A DNA stretch of 64,000 nucleotides from a virus, in IMG/VR virus record IMGVR_UViG_3300027804_000064, positions 6,550-70,549 of that record; one strand, written 5' to 3'. The notes beneath the pieces are model-generated. The model did no database searches. It was not told the origin of the DNA and saw only the letters and a program-made list of their open reading frames with translations. Made by a program: the position numbers and the translations under genes. How positions within the stretch are numbered: position 1 is the stretch's first letter; each line of letters starts with the position of its first letter. Below are positions 28,101 to 37,930 of this stretch, one piece after another.

Positions 28101-30092
28101 CTGACTCTACAATATTCCGTAACTCCATATGTGCAAAATCTGTTTTACACAAAGACAATAAAGATTAATCCATCCAATACCGTGAACTGGCTTGGATTTA
28201 TGAAACTGTCTTCTTCCGTGAATCCTTTCTTTGATGCAGGATATCGTCCAATCATCAAGACAAACTCTCTCATGGAAAACGACAACTGGCAGTCTGCAAA
28301 CCCAAGCAATCTGCGCGGATTTGGCACACAGTGGAACGATTGGGACAGCATTTGGACGGGAATAGAAGATGTAGAGGAAGAGCAGGACGAGATACAGAAG
28401 CGTGTATTCGAACTTCCGCGATTCAGCACCGATTCGTCCATTCCTTCTCGTAATTCTGGCAGCAATCGTATAGGTGCAAACCGCACAGCGGAAAGCGTTA
28501 ATCAGAAGACCAGCAATTTCATAAAGACCCGTAAACTCAAGAATCGGATTAAATATCGTGTTGGTTCTCGGATGGTGGATCGTAGTGTTCTTCCGTACAT
28601 TCCGTCTTCCACGATCAGTGCAACTGTCCACGGACTGAAACCCAACACCACGGGTCTTTCGGTTTACTTTGACGGTGTTGTTGTCACTGCTGGTGTATCC
28701 ACGGACGCAAACGGTTCGGCTTCGTTCTCGTTTGGGATCACCGCAGGTTCCTACTTGGTGGGTGAAAAGACTGTCAGAATATCAGATTCTTTGGTGACAG
28801 AAAATGCAAAGATTGCTGCTGATGCAACATACTACTGCACTGGTCTGCTGCGTCAGCGCGAAAACGGATGTGTCTCCGTCCTCCCTCCAGAGGTTCGAAG
28901 ACAAACGGTTTCAAGTGAAGCGGTTTCTCGTGATCCCTTCAACAGGGACATTGACTCTGTTGAAGCAAATCACTGGAGCGATCCTCTGTCGCAAACATTC
29001 TTTGTTGACAAGAAATTGTACCCCGATGGCTTGATGCTGAAAACGGTTTCTCTGTATTTCTCCTCAAAGGATTCGGCTCTTCCAGTTACAGTGCAGATTC
29101 GTCCAACGGTGAGCGGATATCCTTCTCCCTCCGTTGTAATGCCTTTCAGCACTGTCACTAAAGTTCCTTCTGAAGTGACTGCTTCTGCAAGCACTCCGCA
29201 AGCCACGGTGTTCCAATTCAGCAGCCCAGTTTACCTTGAGCCTGGTGAATATGCTCTTTGTGTTCTAACAAACAGTAGTTCTTATGAATTGTTTGCTGCT
29301 GATTCATCGGTGAATACCAACGAAAACACCGATGCTGTTGGTGGTCGTGCAGGCAACAATCAAACGGTTGGAACATTGTTTGCTCCACAGGGCATTGGTG
29401 CTGCTGTGGCAGACAACGCTACCGATATAATGTTTGCCCTCGGACGGTGCGACTTCTCGCAATCCACCACAGGGAACATACAGTATAGAAATTTGTCAGA
29501 CTGCACTGGCGCTCATGTGCTGAAGTTCTATGCACCCGAAATCATACCAAACAGTTGTTCCATTACTCGTACTATAGGATCGTACTCATTCCTTAACAAC
29601 GAAGCAGTATATCCTGTCACGACACTAACTTCCCCCAATCTACAGTACACCCTTACTCGCGGTAATTTGTCTGCGGTTTCTCCTGTAGTATATTTGAATT
29701 CTTTGTACGGGGCAGCAGTTACTCAGTCTACTAGCGGAAGATATGTTTCTCGCGTGGTAGAACTGCCAGATGATCTTCATTCTAGGGGATTGGCGGTGTT
29801 CTTGGATCAGAATACACCAAGTGGTTCATCCGCTCGTGTCTATTACAGATACAGCGAAACAGGAGAAGAAGATATATTCTCCAAGCCGTGGGCAGCGGTT
29901 TCTCGCACAAACCCAACTTTTGCTAGCACATCGGAACTTGATTTCCGCGAGGGGGCGTTCCGTGTAACAGCGGGAACCACATTCGGTTCATATCAGGTAC
30001 GAGTAGATGTTGTCAAGGATACGGGGGGAAACTGGACATCGTACTATCGGACACCGTGTGTGAAAAATATTCGCGTAGTGAGTTTCATCTGA
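25107..30092 (+). CDS. VrlC-like (DUF4815-type) large virion structural protein
   Basis: FN..PYYDDFD..K.F.RVLFKPG.AVQARELTQLQTILQNQ, APGADR, LARRTFDESG.Y.V.PF, YLPRIDK, DPL.QTF, F.F.SPVYL. Confidence 0.9.
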   Translation: MAYDPSIFNINPYYDDFDSAKGFLRVLFKPGYAVQARELTQLQTILQNQLSRVGDHLFKDGSRIVGGGITVRNASYLMVDVGINSPLYGVTDFQPLVGGTITSTTSGDTTSAKIVGYISPDLNSDGYLVLVVDFYSGSEFGSSTINLINSPDVSYTGANVLTIAPDSFATGSCKVIGVAEGIFYINGFFVRTGLQQFAPYRLSSDGSYRDLEFASVTGEEFAELSKKIGFTITNDNVTEQEDSTLRDPAIGSYNYNAPGADRYTIVLTLDQTDLTETPSNFVELLRFENGRVTKKVERVTYGEIENALARRTFDESGSYTVRPFEVQVRTNDSANYNLSIGSGKAYVLGHEVENQYPQTVALPKARTTENNTQTFSYALGNYIDAAVGGASNLGQTFADNLAAIGSGSALVRFLNSTRAVVGTARVHGVNPVNTGTYRLFLYGISGSVTSGRTGYIYSDTTGFTLGAFFINTAGSNLTAPKDTVNSSLVYEIKPGYAIKDISNLTVYGKLVTDDLTVQYTGTPGSSDTAIYTVNKSSDFDSLDSSNPYRFKNYSTATTSSLEVSQIGIVNDNGGCAVLNSGTLSGGGNNNTMTLTVTGSSNNGWGGFTAGNIRLIVPVIYTPDLSVSGQYRSKTSVSTTDTFAALADRRGNPNTDENSVYYEFDQYDVYKVSSVIATDSSVTPNIVTNVTSDFELDDGQRETHYGLSRLYLKPSSATKPIYSSSNISLSVSYSYFSHGGLASAPFIGALSYSGIPYENIPVFSNPRTGKTVSLANCLDFRHSGSTASTVRIKPYGANVGFVVAEDTTITYNHYLPRIDKLCVKSNPDDGSALFFLVRGTPDLSPVAPPDPQDALVISTITIPAYTHNTTDVVLDPVETKRFTMADLGKMEKRIDDVEVFAKLSLSESELESRSLKTSASATEPLKTSIFVDEFYGHSVADVTDPLYTCSVDFERGELRPFFTTQPVNLIDTTPITDAGEQSDPATSSISNIAISTDGVLTLQYSVTPYVQNLFYTKTIKINPSNTVNWLGFMKLSSSVNPFFDAGYRPIIKTNSLMENDNWQSANPSNLRGFGTQWNDWDSIWTGIEDVEEEQDEIQKRVFELPRFSTDSSIPSRNSGSNRIGANRTAESVNQKTSNFIKTRKLKNRIKYRVGSRMVDRSVLPYIPSSTISATVHGLKPNTTGLSVYFDGVVVTAGVSTDANGSASFSFGITAGSYLVGEKTVRISDSLVTENAKIAADATYYCTGLLRQRENGCVSVLPPEVRRQTVSSEAVSRDPFNRDIDSVEANHWSDPLSQTFFVDKKLYPDGLMLKTVSLYFSSKDSALPVTVQIRPTVSGYPSPSVVMPFSTVTKVPSEVTASASTPQATVFQFSSPVYLEPGEYALCVLTNSSSYELFAADSSVNTNENTDAVGGRAGNNQTVGTLFAPQGIGAAVADNATDIMFALGRCDFSQSTTGNIQYRNLSDCTGAHVLKFYAPEIIPNSCSITRTIGSYSFLNNEAVYPVTTLTSPNLQYTLTRGNLSAVSPVVYLNSLYGAAVTQSTSGRYVSRVVELPDDLHSRGLAVFLDQNTPSGSSARVYYRYSETGEEDIFSKPWAAVSRTNPTFASTSELDFREGAFRVTAGTTFGSYQVRVDVVKDTGGNWTSYYRTPCVKNIRVVSFI

Positions 30093-30095
30093 TCT

Positions 30096-30281
30096 ATGCG
30101 GTACAAACGGGACGCAAGAACTGGTGCCGCCATACTCTGCGATTCCGAAGCAGTAAACGCATACCTTTTAAAAAAGACACAACAGGAGCAGATACAGGCT
30201 TTGCAGCGGCAGATAAATACTCTGCAAGAGCAAGTCTTGGAACTGCAACAGCACCTCCTCAAAGATAAGCAGAGCGAATAA
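30096..30281 (+). CDS. small conserved hypothetical protein
   Basis: RD..TGAI...D...Y followed by a coiled coil; typical small gene after VrlC-like genes. Confidence 0.65.
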   Translation: MRYKRDARTGAAILCDSEAVNAYLLKKTQQEQIQALQRQINTLQEQVLELQQHLLKDKQSE

Positions 30282-30283
30282 GC

Positions 30284-32239
30284 ATGGCTACAAACACTGG
30301 TCCAAACGACTCCACATACACCATACCTGAAGTTGCGCTTGGCGACAACTTCAATGTGTGGAAGGACATCACCAACACCTCTGTCTACAAACTAAACAAA
30401 ATCCGTGTCTATGACGGTGTTTCAAGCAGCAGCATTGCGTACACGGGAACCACTGGTGGTACATTCTCCGTTGCTCTGAATCCAACCATTCCTGACGGGC
30501 TTACTTTCACGGGCGCAGTCGTGTTCGGTGCGGGGGTCACATTCAACGGTCAAGTCACATTCAATGCGTCTACCTTCACGGTAAATGCAAATGCGGTCAC
30601 CATTGACGACTACAATATTATTCTTGGTGATACCGCAGCGGCAAGCGATCCAAACATTGAAACTGCTGGCGGCGGTGGCATCATACTGAATCGTGGCGGT
30701 GGACTTACTGCGGAGTGGTTGTGGCAGCGCGTGGAAGTGCATGGCATCACTGGTTTGTGGCGTGCAAACGGCAGCATCGGGTTCAGTGGCAGCACAAGCG
30801 GAATCTACCCTGCGGGCGGCGGCGTGCTGCCTGTCCACGGCACTGGAATCAGAATAGACGGCGGCACGACCACTGATCACGGTTTGGTGGTTCAGTTCTC
30901 TGGAAACGGAACCACCACAGGACGAAACATTGATTTTGCGCGGTATTCTCTTGCTGGCTCCACGGTGTTTGCGGAAGTACTGAACGGAACCACATACGGT
31001 GCGTATCCGTTTATGAACATCCGCAACGGCGCAAATCGCAAGCGCGTTACACAGACAGGACACGGACTGTCTTTTGGAACTCCTGTGTATGTGAACGCAT
31101 CAGGCAACTACATTCCTGCCGCATCCACTGGTACTGATGTTGCAGAGGTTGTTGGTCTGGTTTCGAATCGGATAGACGCTGACAATTTTGAATTGACTTT
31201 CAGTGGTGAAATATACGGAAACTTCTCCAATGCACTCCTTACAGGAGCGTCAACTCTTGGACCTGGTGGTGTGTACTATCTGTGCAACTCCGCAGGCAAA
31301 CTGTCACCATCTCCTGCTTCTGCACCAGGCACAGTTCACAAAGCGGTGATGATTGCAACAGGGACGAATAGCGCAGTAGTTGTTCCTTTCACGGGTGGTT
31401 TGTTGGCTGAAGATTTGGTGATTTCTTCTGCTACATCCACGGTTGTTCAGATTTCGCAATTGAACAAATTCCGCGTGGGTGATGCGGTTCGGTATCTGTC
31501 GGGTGTTGATGTGGGGCTTTCGTATGATTATCCTGCGGGAATTGCTGGTGGTTTTACTGGAGCCACATATTCTAACGGCATCTATGTGAAGGCGCAGGCA
31601 AACACCGAGGCAGCAGCGGAGGTGCTTGGAATAGTCACTGAAGTGTTCCCCATGAACGCAATCGGTGGAACACTGCCAGGAATCAACTACAAGTTTTCTT
31701 TGATCACGGATGGGTTCTTCCAAGACATAAACGGAGTTTCCGCAACAAACGGCGGTGTTGCTGGAAATATGGTTGGCGGGGTGCAGTATTTCCTTGCTGA
31801 AAATTGTGCAGGAACATCTCGCGCATACGAAAGCAATGTTCCTTCTCTCACCAATATTCCTCCTGCCACGATTGGATCTGTTCGAAAGCCGCTCATAAGC
31901 AGCACATCTTCTGTTGGCGGTCATATCTTCTCGTATCGCGGAGATGTGAACAATGCAGGACAGTCGTCTTTCACGGGCTACACTGGAGCATCGGCAGAAT
32001 ACAACGATTTGCCTGTTGGAAGCATGATCATGGGTGTGACAGGCTCAACGCTGTCCCCGAATCGTGGTGTCACCGTGTATTATCACAACACTGGTGGTCT
32101 GAGCGGTGAATATGTACTGTATCTTGGAGCCAGCACGGTTGGAGTCACGCTGAATGGATTGTGGAGGACTCGTGGTCTGGCTATTGATCGCGGAAGCAGC
32201 GGTGTAACGGCATACCATCTGTGTCAGAGAATTCAATAA
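30284..32239 (+). CDS. tail fibre/baseplate-attached protein
   Basis: D.F..W...TN N-terminal motif, I.D..I.LG...A.GGGI segment, two copies of an A.A....AEV.G.V...G..YYL...G module. Confidence 0.65.
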   Translation: MATNTGPNDSTYTIPEVALGDNFNVWKDITNTSVYKLNKIRVYDGVSSSSIAYTGTTGGTFSVALNPTIPDGLTFTGAVVFGAGVTFNGQVTFNASTFTVNANAVTIDDYNIILGDTAAASDPNIETAGGGGIILNRGGGLTAEWLWQRVEVHGITGLWRANGSIGFSGSTSGIYPAGGGVLPVHGTGIRIDGGTTTDHGLVVQFSGNGTTTGRNIDFARYSLAGSTVFAEVLNGTTYGAYPFMNIRNGANRKRVTQTGHGLSFGTPVYVNASGNYIPAASTGTDVAEVVGLVSNRIDADNFELTFSGEIYGNFSNALLTGASTLGPGGVYYLCNSAGKLSPSPASAPGTVHKAVMIATGTNSAVVVPFTGGLLAEDLVISSATSTVVQISQLNKFRVGDAVRYLSGVDVGLSYDYPAGIAGGFTGATYSNGIYVKAQANTEAAAEVLGIVTEVFPMNAIGGTLPGINYKFSLITDGFFQDINGVSATNGGVAGNMVGGVQYFLAENCAGTSRAYESNVPSLTNIPPATIGSVRKPLISSTSSVGGHIFSYRGDVNNAGQSSFTGYTGASAEYNDLPVGSMIMGVTGSTLSPNRGVTVYYHNTGGLSGEYVLYLGASTVGVTLNGLWRTRGLAIDRGSSGVTAYHLCQRIQ

Positions 32240-32256
32240 AGGATTGAGGAACTAAA

Positions 32257-34758
32257 ATGGGTTCATCACTAATACTGAAGGGCGGTTCGACTGCGCCCAA
32301 GACAATCGAAGAAACCATTTCCGTGGCGCACTCGTTTGCTTTCGGAGATGTTGTGCGATTCGATACCGTTGCGAATGCGTGGACATTGGCGCAAGCAAAC
32401 AACGCCGAAAATTCAGAAGTTGTTGGTGTAATAAAGGACGCGCAGGTTGGTTCGTTCAGGATCGTGTATTCTGGCTACATTGACTTGAATGCTCGCTACG
32501 GCACGACCGATAGTCCCGTTCTTTTCCTTAGCGCAGACACGCCAGGCGCACTGGTTGAGTCTCCTCCAAGCGCAATCGGAACAGTGGTGAAGCCCGTACT
32601 TACCCGCAAGAGCGGCAGCGGGACTGGCGAGTTCATCGTGATGAACTACCTTGGAACGCAGATCGGTGGATCGTCCACGGTTTCAATTGAACAGATTCAG
32701 CCTGTCGGCACAATCATGCCGTATGCAGCCGAAAGCACGATTCCCGAAACCTGGCTGGAGTGCAACGGCGTTTCGTATTCCGTCACCGAGTATCCTGAAC
32801 TGTACTCTGCTCTTTTGAACACCACGGGAGATGCCACTCCGAAGTACGGTTCTGTGGTTGCGATAGTTGGAACTGGAAATATTTCTCTTGAGGCTGGTGA
32901 CAGAATTCTATTCAAGAGAAGCACCACGACAAACTGGAGTACTGGCAGTTTAACCACGGACACGAATACGGCAGAGGTGGTTGGTATTGTATTGAATAAT
33001 GTTAGTGGTGGTGCTACAATTTTTGCACAAATACAACCAAAGTACAACAGCACCACGCAGCGTTTTGAATATCCAAACATTCAGATGACAGCGGGGCAGA
33101 TTTCTGGCTTGGCTTCAAATACCAATAGAAACTATCGTATTTGGAATAATGCTGGAAATCTTATAATAACTTCCAGTACTTACAGTGTGACATCAGTCAC
33201 CACCACCCACTTCAACACCCCTGATCTCCGCAGCCGTTTCCCCATCGGAGCAAGTGCAGGCACATATCCGCTTGCGAATTTCGGTGGATCGGACATAACA
33301 GAGTTCAGCAGCGTTGCCAGTTCTACTCCCACAGGAAGCGCAACAAATCTGTTGAACAGCACAGCAGCAAACCCAACTGCAACCAACATTCCCCCGTATC
33401 TCGCGGTACGGTACATCATCAAGGCACAGCCGTACACACGCGCTGCCATCATTGACGGCGTGGACATTCCGTATGATCAACTGCTCGTAACCGATCTGCG
33501 TTCGGGTCTTCTGCGAAACGCAGGAGCAGGAGAAGACTTGGTGTTCAAGACAAACACCAGTCAGTTCACCACAGGAACCCGCCGCATGATACTCACCAAC
33601 GGCGGAAGCGTGCTTGTTGCGGATTCTCCCACCACGGTGGAAGATGTTTCCAGCGGAAACCGCATTCTGCACATACAAGGCTCCACAGCCGCCGTGCGCG
33701 TAAAGCACGACAATGGGGCAAACACATATCTTGCTTCCACCCAAAACAGCGGAACTGTTGCTGTTCAGTCCGCACATCCTCTTACACTGAAGACAAACAA
33801 CACCGACCGACTCACTGTTAACGCAGACGGAACCATCAGGACACACGGAACAGCCACAGGAATCAGTGGTTCTCTTGGAATCGGTCCGAGTGAATTTACT
33901 CCCGCTCAGTCTTTCCACTTGAAAAACGCCACTCCAGTGATTCGTCTAGAGGACACGGACGACAACATTTACTCAGAAATAAGTGCGAACTCTGCTCCAA
34001 ACACAGGAATTGGTTCTCTTATTATAAATTCAGATGGGGGAGCGCAGGGGACCAATTCGTTCTTTGGGCTGAGGGTTCGTGGAACCGAGCGCATCCGCGG
34101 AACCACTACTGGAGTGGACATAACTGGAAACACCGTGATACGCGCCACGAACATAGTGGACATCAACACCACGATTGCTGGAGAGATTCTTCTGGGGGAC
34201 GATGACACCACTGTTCGCACACGGGGAAGAACGGATTTAGGAAACTCTCCATCTGACCGCATACAGGCGGACGGCAGTCTTTTCATGCGAACGAGTGCGG
34301 GAAGCATTAACGAATACGCCCCTGTTAGTCAACCTGTTTCGACTGCTCCATGTGGATTTGTTCGGGCTTGGGCAGTGATTGATCCCGATGCACTTAGCAC
34401 AACATCAAACTTGTATGAGGGTGTTGGAGGCAATTTCAATGTTTCTGGTGCCAGAAGAATTCCTGCAACTGCCCCCGCAGCATCTCTTCCCAATACCATC
34501 TACATTGGCTTCAGCACAGATTTTAGGCGAGTGAGTGGCGATACATCCACTTTGCTAGCATTAACGGATATGTGCGTGATCGTCCAGCCGTATCACCCTT
34601 ACACTCCTGGCGACCCACAGTCTCGGTGGAATGCAGTGGTTGTTGCTGGCGACGGAAGCGGAATACACATTGGACTGTATGATCCTTTAACTGGTGATAT
34701 TGTGAATCCTTCAACTGTTGGTTCTGGTTATGGAATAAGAGTAATGGTCATAGTGTAA
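32257..34758 (+). CDS. tail fibre with phage tail-collar domain
   Basis: PVGTIMPYA....P..WL.CNG.......YPELY..L ... FN.PDLR.RFP.G ... N.PPYLA..YIIKA collar motif; beta-rich shaft. Confidence 0.8.
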   Translation: MGSSLILKGGSTAPKTIEETISVAHSFAFGDVVRFDTVANAWTLAQANNAENSEVVGVIKDAQVGSFRIVYSGYIDLNARYGTTDSPVLFLSADTPGALVESPPSAIGTVVKPVLTRKSGSGTGEFIVMNYLGTQIGGSSTVSIEQIQPVGTIMPYAAESTIPETWLECNGVSYSVTEYPELYSALLNTTGDATPKYGSVVAIVGTGNISLEAGDRILFKRSTTTNWSTGSLTTDTNTAEVVGIVLNNVSGGATIFAQIQPKYNSTTQRFEYPNIQMTAGQISGLASNTNRNYRIWNNAGNLIITSSTYSVTSVTTTHFNTPDLRSRFPIGASAGTYPLANFGGSDITEFSSVASSTPTGSATNLLNSTAANPTATNIPPYLAVRYIIKAQPYTRAAIIDGVDIPYDQLLVTDLRSGLLRNAGAGEDLVFKTNTSQFTTGTRRMILTNGGSVLVADSPTTVEDVSSGNRILHIQGSTAAVRVKHDNGANTYLASTQNSGTVAVQSAHPLTLKTNNTDRLTVNADGTIRTHGTATGISGSLGIGPSEFTPAQSFHLKNATPVIRLEDTDDNIYSEISANSAPNTGIGSLIINSDGGAQGTNSFFGLRVRGTERIRGTTTGVDITGNTVIRATNIVDINTTIAGEILLGDDDTTVRTRGRTDLGNSPSDRIQADGSLFMRTSAGSINEYAPVSQPVSTAPCGFVRAWAVIDPDALSTTSNLYEGVGGNFNVSGARRIPATAPAASLPNTIYIGFSTDFRRVSGDTSTLLALTDMCVIVQPYHPYTPGDPQSRWNAVVVAGDGSGIHIGLYDPLTGDIVNPSTVGSGYGIRVMVIV

Positions 34759-34777
34759 AGGCTAAATAGAGGTAACT

Positions 34778-37700
34778 ATGGCATATTCACACCTACCGTA
34801 TCCAAGCAATCCGTCCCTTGAGCAATTAAAAGTAATTGCCACCGATACTGTTATTTGGGTGTCAACCACGGGAAGCGATGGCAGCGGAAACGGCAGCGAG
34901 TCCGCTCCTTATGCAAGCCTGAAACGAGCAATGGATGTTGCCCGCGAGTACACCATCGTGGGCAAGGCTATACTGTACATCCGCCTGAAGCGGGGCGAGT
35001 ACATCGTCACTGATAACATCAATTTGTACCACCCACAGGGCGGAAACATTGTTATTGAGGGTGACCCTGCTGCACTGAAGCAGAGGGTCATCTGGCGAGT
35101 AGAGGGATATTCGTGGAATCTGGATTCGTGGGGCGGCGGCGGTCACACAGCCACCATACGCCTGTGGAACGGAGCCACCACAGATGCAGCAGGACACACT
35201 CTTCACGGCTTCAGTGCGGCTGAAGGGGGAATGTATTTCTCCGTGATGAACGCCGCCATTGCCAGTCGAAGCGGTTACGCCACTCAGATAATCGGATTTA
35301 GTCAACTTGGACAAGGAATAAATCCGCCTACTGGAAACGGACTCCACAGTTACGGAGTGCTTTTCAATGGTGATAGGTTTTTCAATGCAGGCGTTTCCCA
35401 CGAAGACGGTTTTGGAATACTTGGGATTGGACGGATTCACTCCGCAACCGCAAGCGGAGCAAGTCTTGCTGTTCAGTTCAACACCATTAATTACGACTGT
35501 CGGTGTCCTGGATGGACATGGGGGGCAGGCTCTGCGGGATTGAACAACCTTATTCCGTGGGGAGGAATTCCTTCTAATTTCCCAGAACCACAGTACTCGC
35601 AGCCGAACGGATACTACGGGAGCGGGTGGACGGCAGACACCGATTACACATCATATCCTGCAAATACTGGCTTGTCGCACAACACAAGTGACCCGTATGT
35701 GCTGACCACATATCCAGTGGTGATTCGTCCAAATCTGTCGTCAGTGTTGTCAAATCGTGGATGTTTGTTCCTGCAAAACGGAAAAATCAGGGCGATCAGG
35801 AACATTTTCTTTGGACCAACCACGGAACCACACATATTCTCTGCGTCCAACAATCCGTATAATCCAGCAGTTGACGGTCTGGGAATAACATTCAATACCA
35901 CAATGTCCGTTGGACGATTGGTTGCAAGGTCAAATCGCGGACCAGCCATATATCTTGAAAACTCAGAAGCAGCCATACGCAATCTTGGTTTCATGGATAT
36001 TGATTTCCCCATTGCTCTTCACGGAAGCGTGTTGAAGAACTACTATGAGCAAACCGTAAATACTGGCAGCGGAAACTACAACTACGGAAGCGAAACCACG
36101 GACAACACACCCATTCTGTGCGTAAACAACGCAAATGTGGGAATAATTGCACGAGATTCCCGTCTTGATCTGGTAGACCCCTCTGGATACGGAGTCGAAA
36201 ACAGTGCAAACTACCGCATGGACGGGATGCACATATCAGCAAAATGGCGCGGAATACAACTGCACAACAGTTCTCTGTCTGCCACATCAATGTTCGTCAC
36301 CGTGGTTGGAGATATTCCGAAGTTTGGCATGACTATTCTGTATCCTGAATTTGATGGAAATCGCACAGCCAGTGGAGGCAGTGCATCGTTCGCCGCTTAC
36401 GGAAACGATCAATCCAACACACCATTCTCGTATCCTGTTGTGCGAATGTTTATGAACACCAGTGCCAAGACCTCTGGTGAGCGTGAAATAGGAGTAATCG
36501 GAAACTGGTACACTAGTGCGGCAAGTTCAGCACAGTTGGCATCACTGACAAGCGGTGCTGCTCTTGTGGGACCGCAGGCTCCCACTGAATATCGAAACTT
36601 GTTCTTGGACGGAATACGCATAGCACCGCAGGGTATGTGCTATTGGACGGATACCGATTTCTACAGTGGATTGACCTTGGGTTCTGGGGGAACACTGAGC
36701 ATACGGTTCTATCCCACAATGACCGCAAGCGGAGCAAGTGCAGAACTCATAGTGAGCAGAACTGCTCTCCTCATCAGGACGGCAAACGGAACCACTTGCG
36801 GGTGGACCAATATGTCAACCGCAAACGCAATTGGATCAAGTGCTGCTGCGTGCATCAGTAGCGTTTCCAATTATGGTGGTCACTGGAGTTATTGTCAAGG
36901 CTCGTATTCGCACAACGCCATTCTTGCAACCGAAAACTCCACCGTGAATGTGCTGAAGAGCATATGGGTATACAACGGCGGACATGATGCCATCGACATT
37001 CGCAAGAATTCTCGCCTCACGGTGGGTGAGGTGTCTTCTGGTACTGCCATATACGGGTCTTCTGATCCTGCTTACTCCAACATAATCGTTCAGCCAAACG
37101 ATATTCAGTACAGCAACGGCACGATTGCCGTTACAGGATATGCTGGATCCGCACTGCGAGTTTCGGAAAACAGCAGCGCATCCGTTGGGTATCTGTTTGC
37201 GAAGCACCCAATGCACAGCACAGGCACATCCAGATCAGGCAATTCCAATGACAGTGGAATAAATGCAGCACTCTCGCAACACGCGGTATCAGTGGAAGAA
37301 AATTCCACCGTAAAACTTATGAATATGTTCTGCGTGGGACGCATGGGCGGCAGCACCATACGAGACACGGGACTATGGACAACATTCAGCGATGTAAAAA
37401 ATGGTGGTGTTGTGCGAACAACCAACCCCTCTCAAAGATTGGCTCTTATCAGTGCTGATCGTGGAAGCAGCGTCATTCTTCAAAATGAGCGCAACGGTGA
37501 CTTTCTCGCTGGATCCGCGTTTTCACTTGATGGTGGAACTGGTGCGACACTAGACCAAAGGTTTAATAACTCGGACCTTCCAGAACTGCTTGTTGTGCGA
37601 GCAACAAATGCTTCTTACATCGGTGTTGTCGGTTCGAATTCCCTAGCAAGTGGAACCTATCCCGAAACGCCTTTGACGAATCCGCGGTTTTTGTATGATG

Positions 37701-37924
37701 TCAGAACAGGAATTGATCGCAGAATTATGACGCGCAGTCCTGTGGGAGCAAATACAGGAACCGTGTACGGACATCCTGGACCTGACCGCGTGTGGAGCGG
37801 AAGTCAGATAGGTTCTATAGGATACGATGCTCGTCCCATCACTGCGCCTAATTTTGTAACTTTTAATACTGGCGTAACTGCACACTCTAGTAAAGATAGC
37901 AGCAGTCAAATCGTAAACGGATAA
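34778..37924 (+). CDS. putative beta-helix tailspike/depolymerase
   Basis: N-terminal IWVSTTGSD..G.GS...PY.SL.RA...I.L..G.Y motif of pectate-lyase-like proteins; repeated AI...NS strands. Confidence 0.6.
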   Translation: MAYSHLPYPSNPSLEQLKVIATDTVIWVSTTGSDGSGNGSESAPYASLKRAMDVAREYTIVGKAILYIRLKRGEYIVTDNINLYHPQGGNIVIEGDPAALKQRVIWRVEGYSWNLDSWGGGGHTATIRLWNGATTDAAGHTLHGFSAAEGGMYFSVMNAAIASRSGYATQIIGFSQLGQGINPPTGNGLHSYGVLFNGDRFFNAGVSHEDGFGILGIGRIHSATASGASLAVQFNTINYDCRCPGWTWGAGSAGLNNLIPWGGIPSNFPEPQYSQPNGYYGSGWTADTDYTSYPANTGLSHNTSDPYVLTTYPVVIRPNLSSVLSNRGCLFLQNGKIRAIRNIFFGPTTEPHIFSASNNPYNPAVDGLGITFNTTMSVGRLVARSNRGPAIYLENSEAAIRNLGFMDIDFPIALHGSVLKNYYEQTVNTGSGNYNYGSETTDNTPILCVNNANVGIIARDSRLDLVDPSGYGVENSANYRMDGMHISAKWRGIQLHNSSLSATSMFVTVVGDIPKFGMTILYPEFDGNRTASGGSASFAAYGNDQSNTPFSYPVVRMFMNTSAKTSGEREIGVIGNWYTSAASSAQLASLTSGAALVGPQAPTEYRNLFLDGIRIAPQGMCYWTDTDFYSGLTLGSGGTLSIRFYPTMTASGASAELIVSRTALLIRTANGTTCGWTNMSTANAIGSSAAACISSVSNYGGHWSYCQGSYSHNAILATENSTVNVLKSIWVYNGGHDAIDIRKNSRLTVGEVSSGTAIYGSSDPAYSNIIVQPNDIQYSNGTIAVTGYAGSALRVSENSSASVGYLFAKHPMHSTGTSRSGNSNDSGINAALSQHAVSVEENSTVKLMNMFCVGRMGGSTIRDTGLWTTFSDVKNGGVVRTTNPSQRLALISADRGSSVILQNERNGDFLAGSAFSLDGGTGATLDQRFNNSDLPELLVVRATNASYIGVVGSNSLASGTYPETPLTNPRFLYDVRTGIDRRIMTRSPVGANTGTVYGHPGPDRVWSGSQIGSIGYDARPITAPNFVTFNTGVTAHSSKDSSSQIVNG

Positions 37925-37930
37925 CCATAA

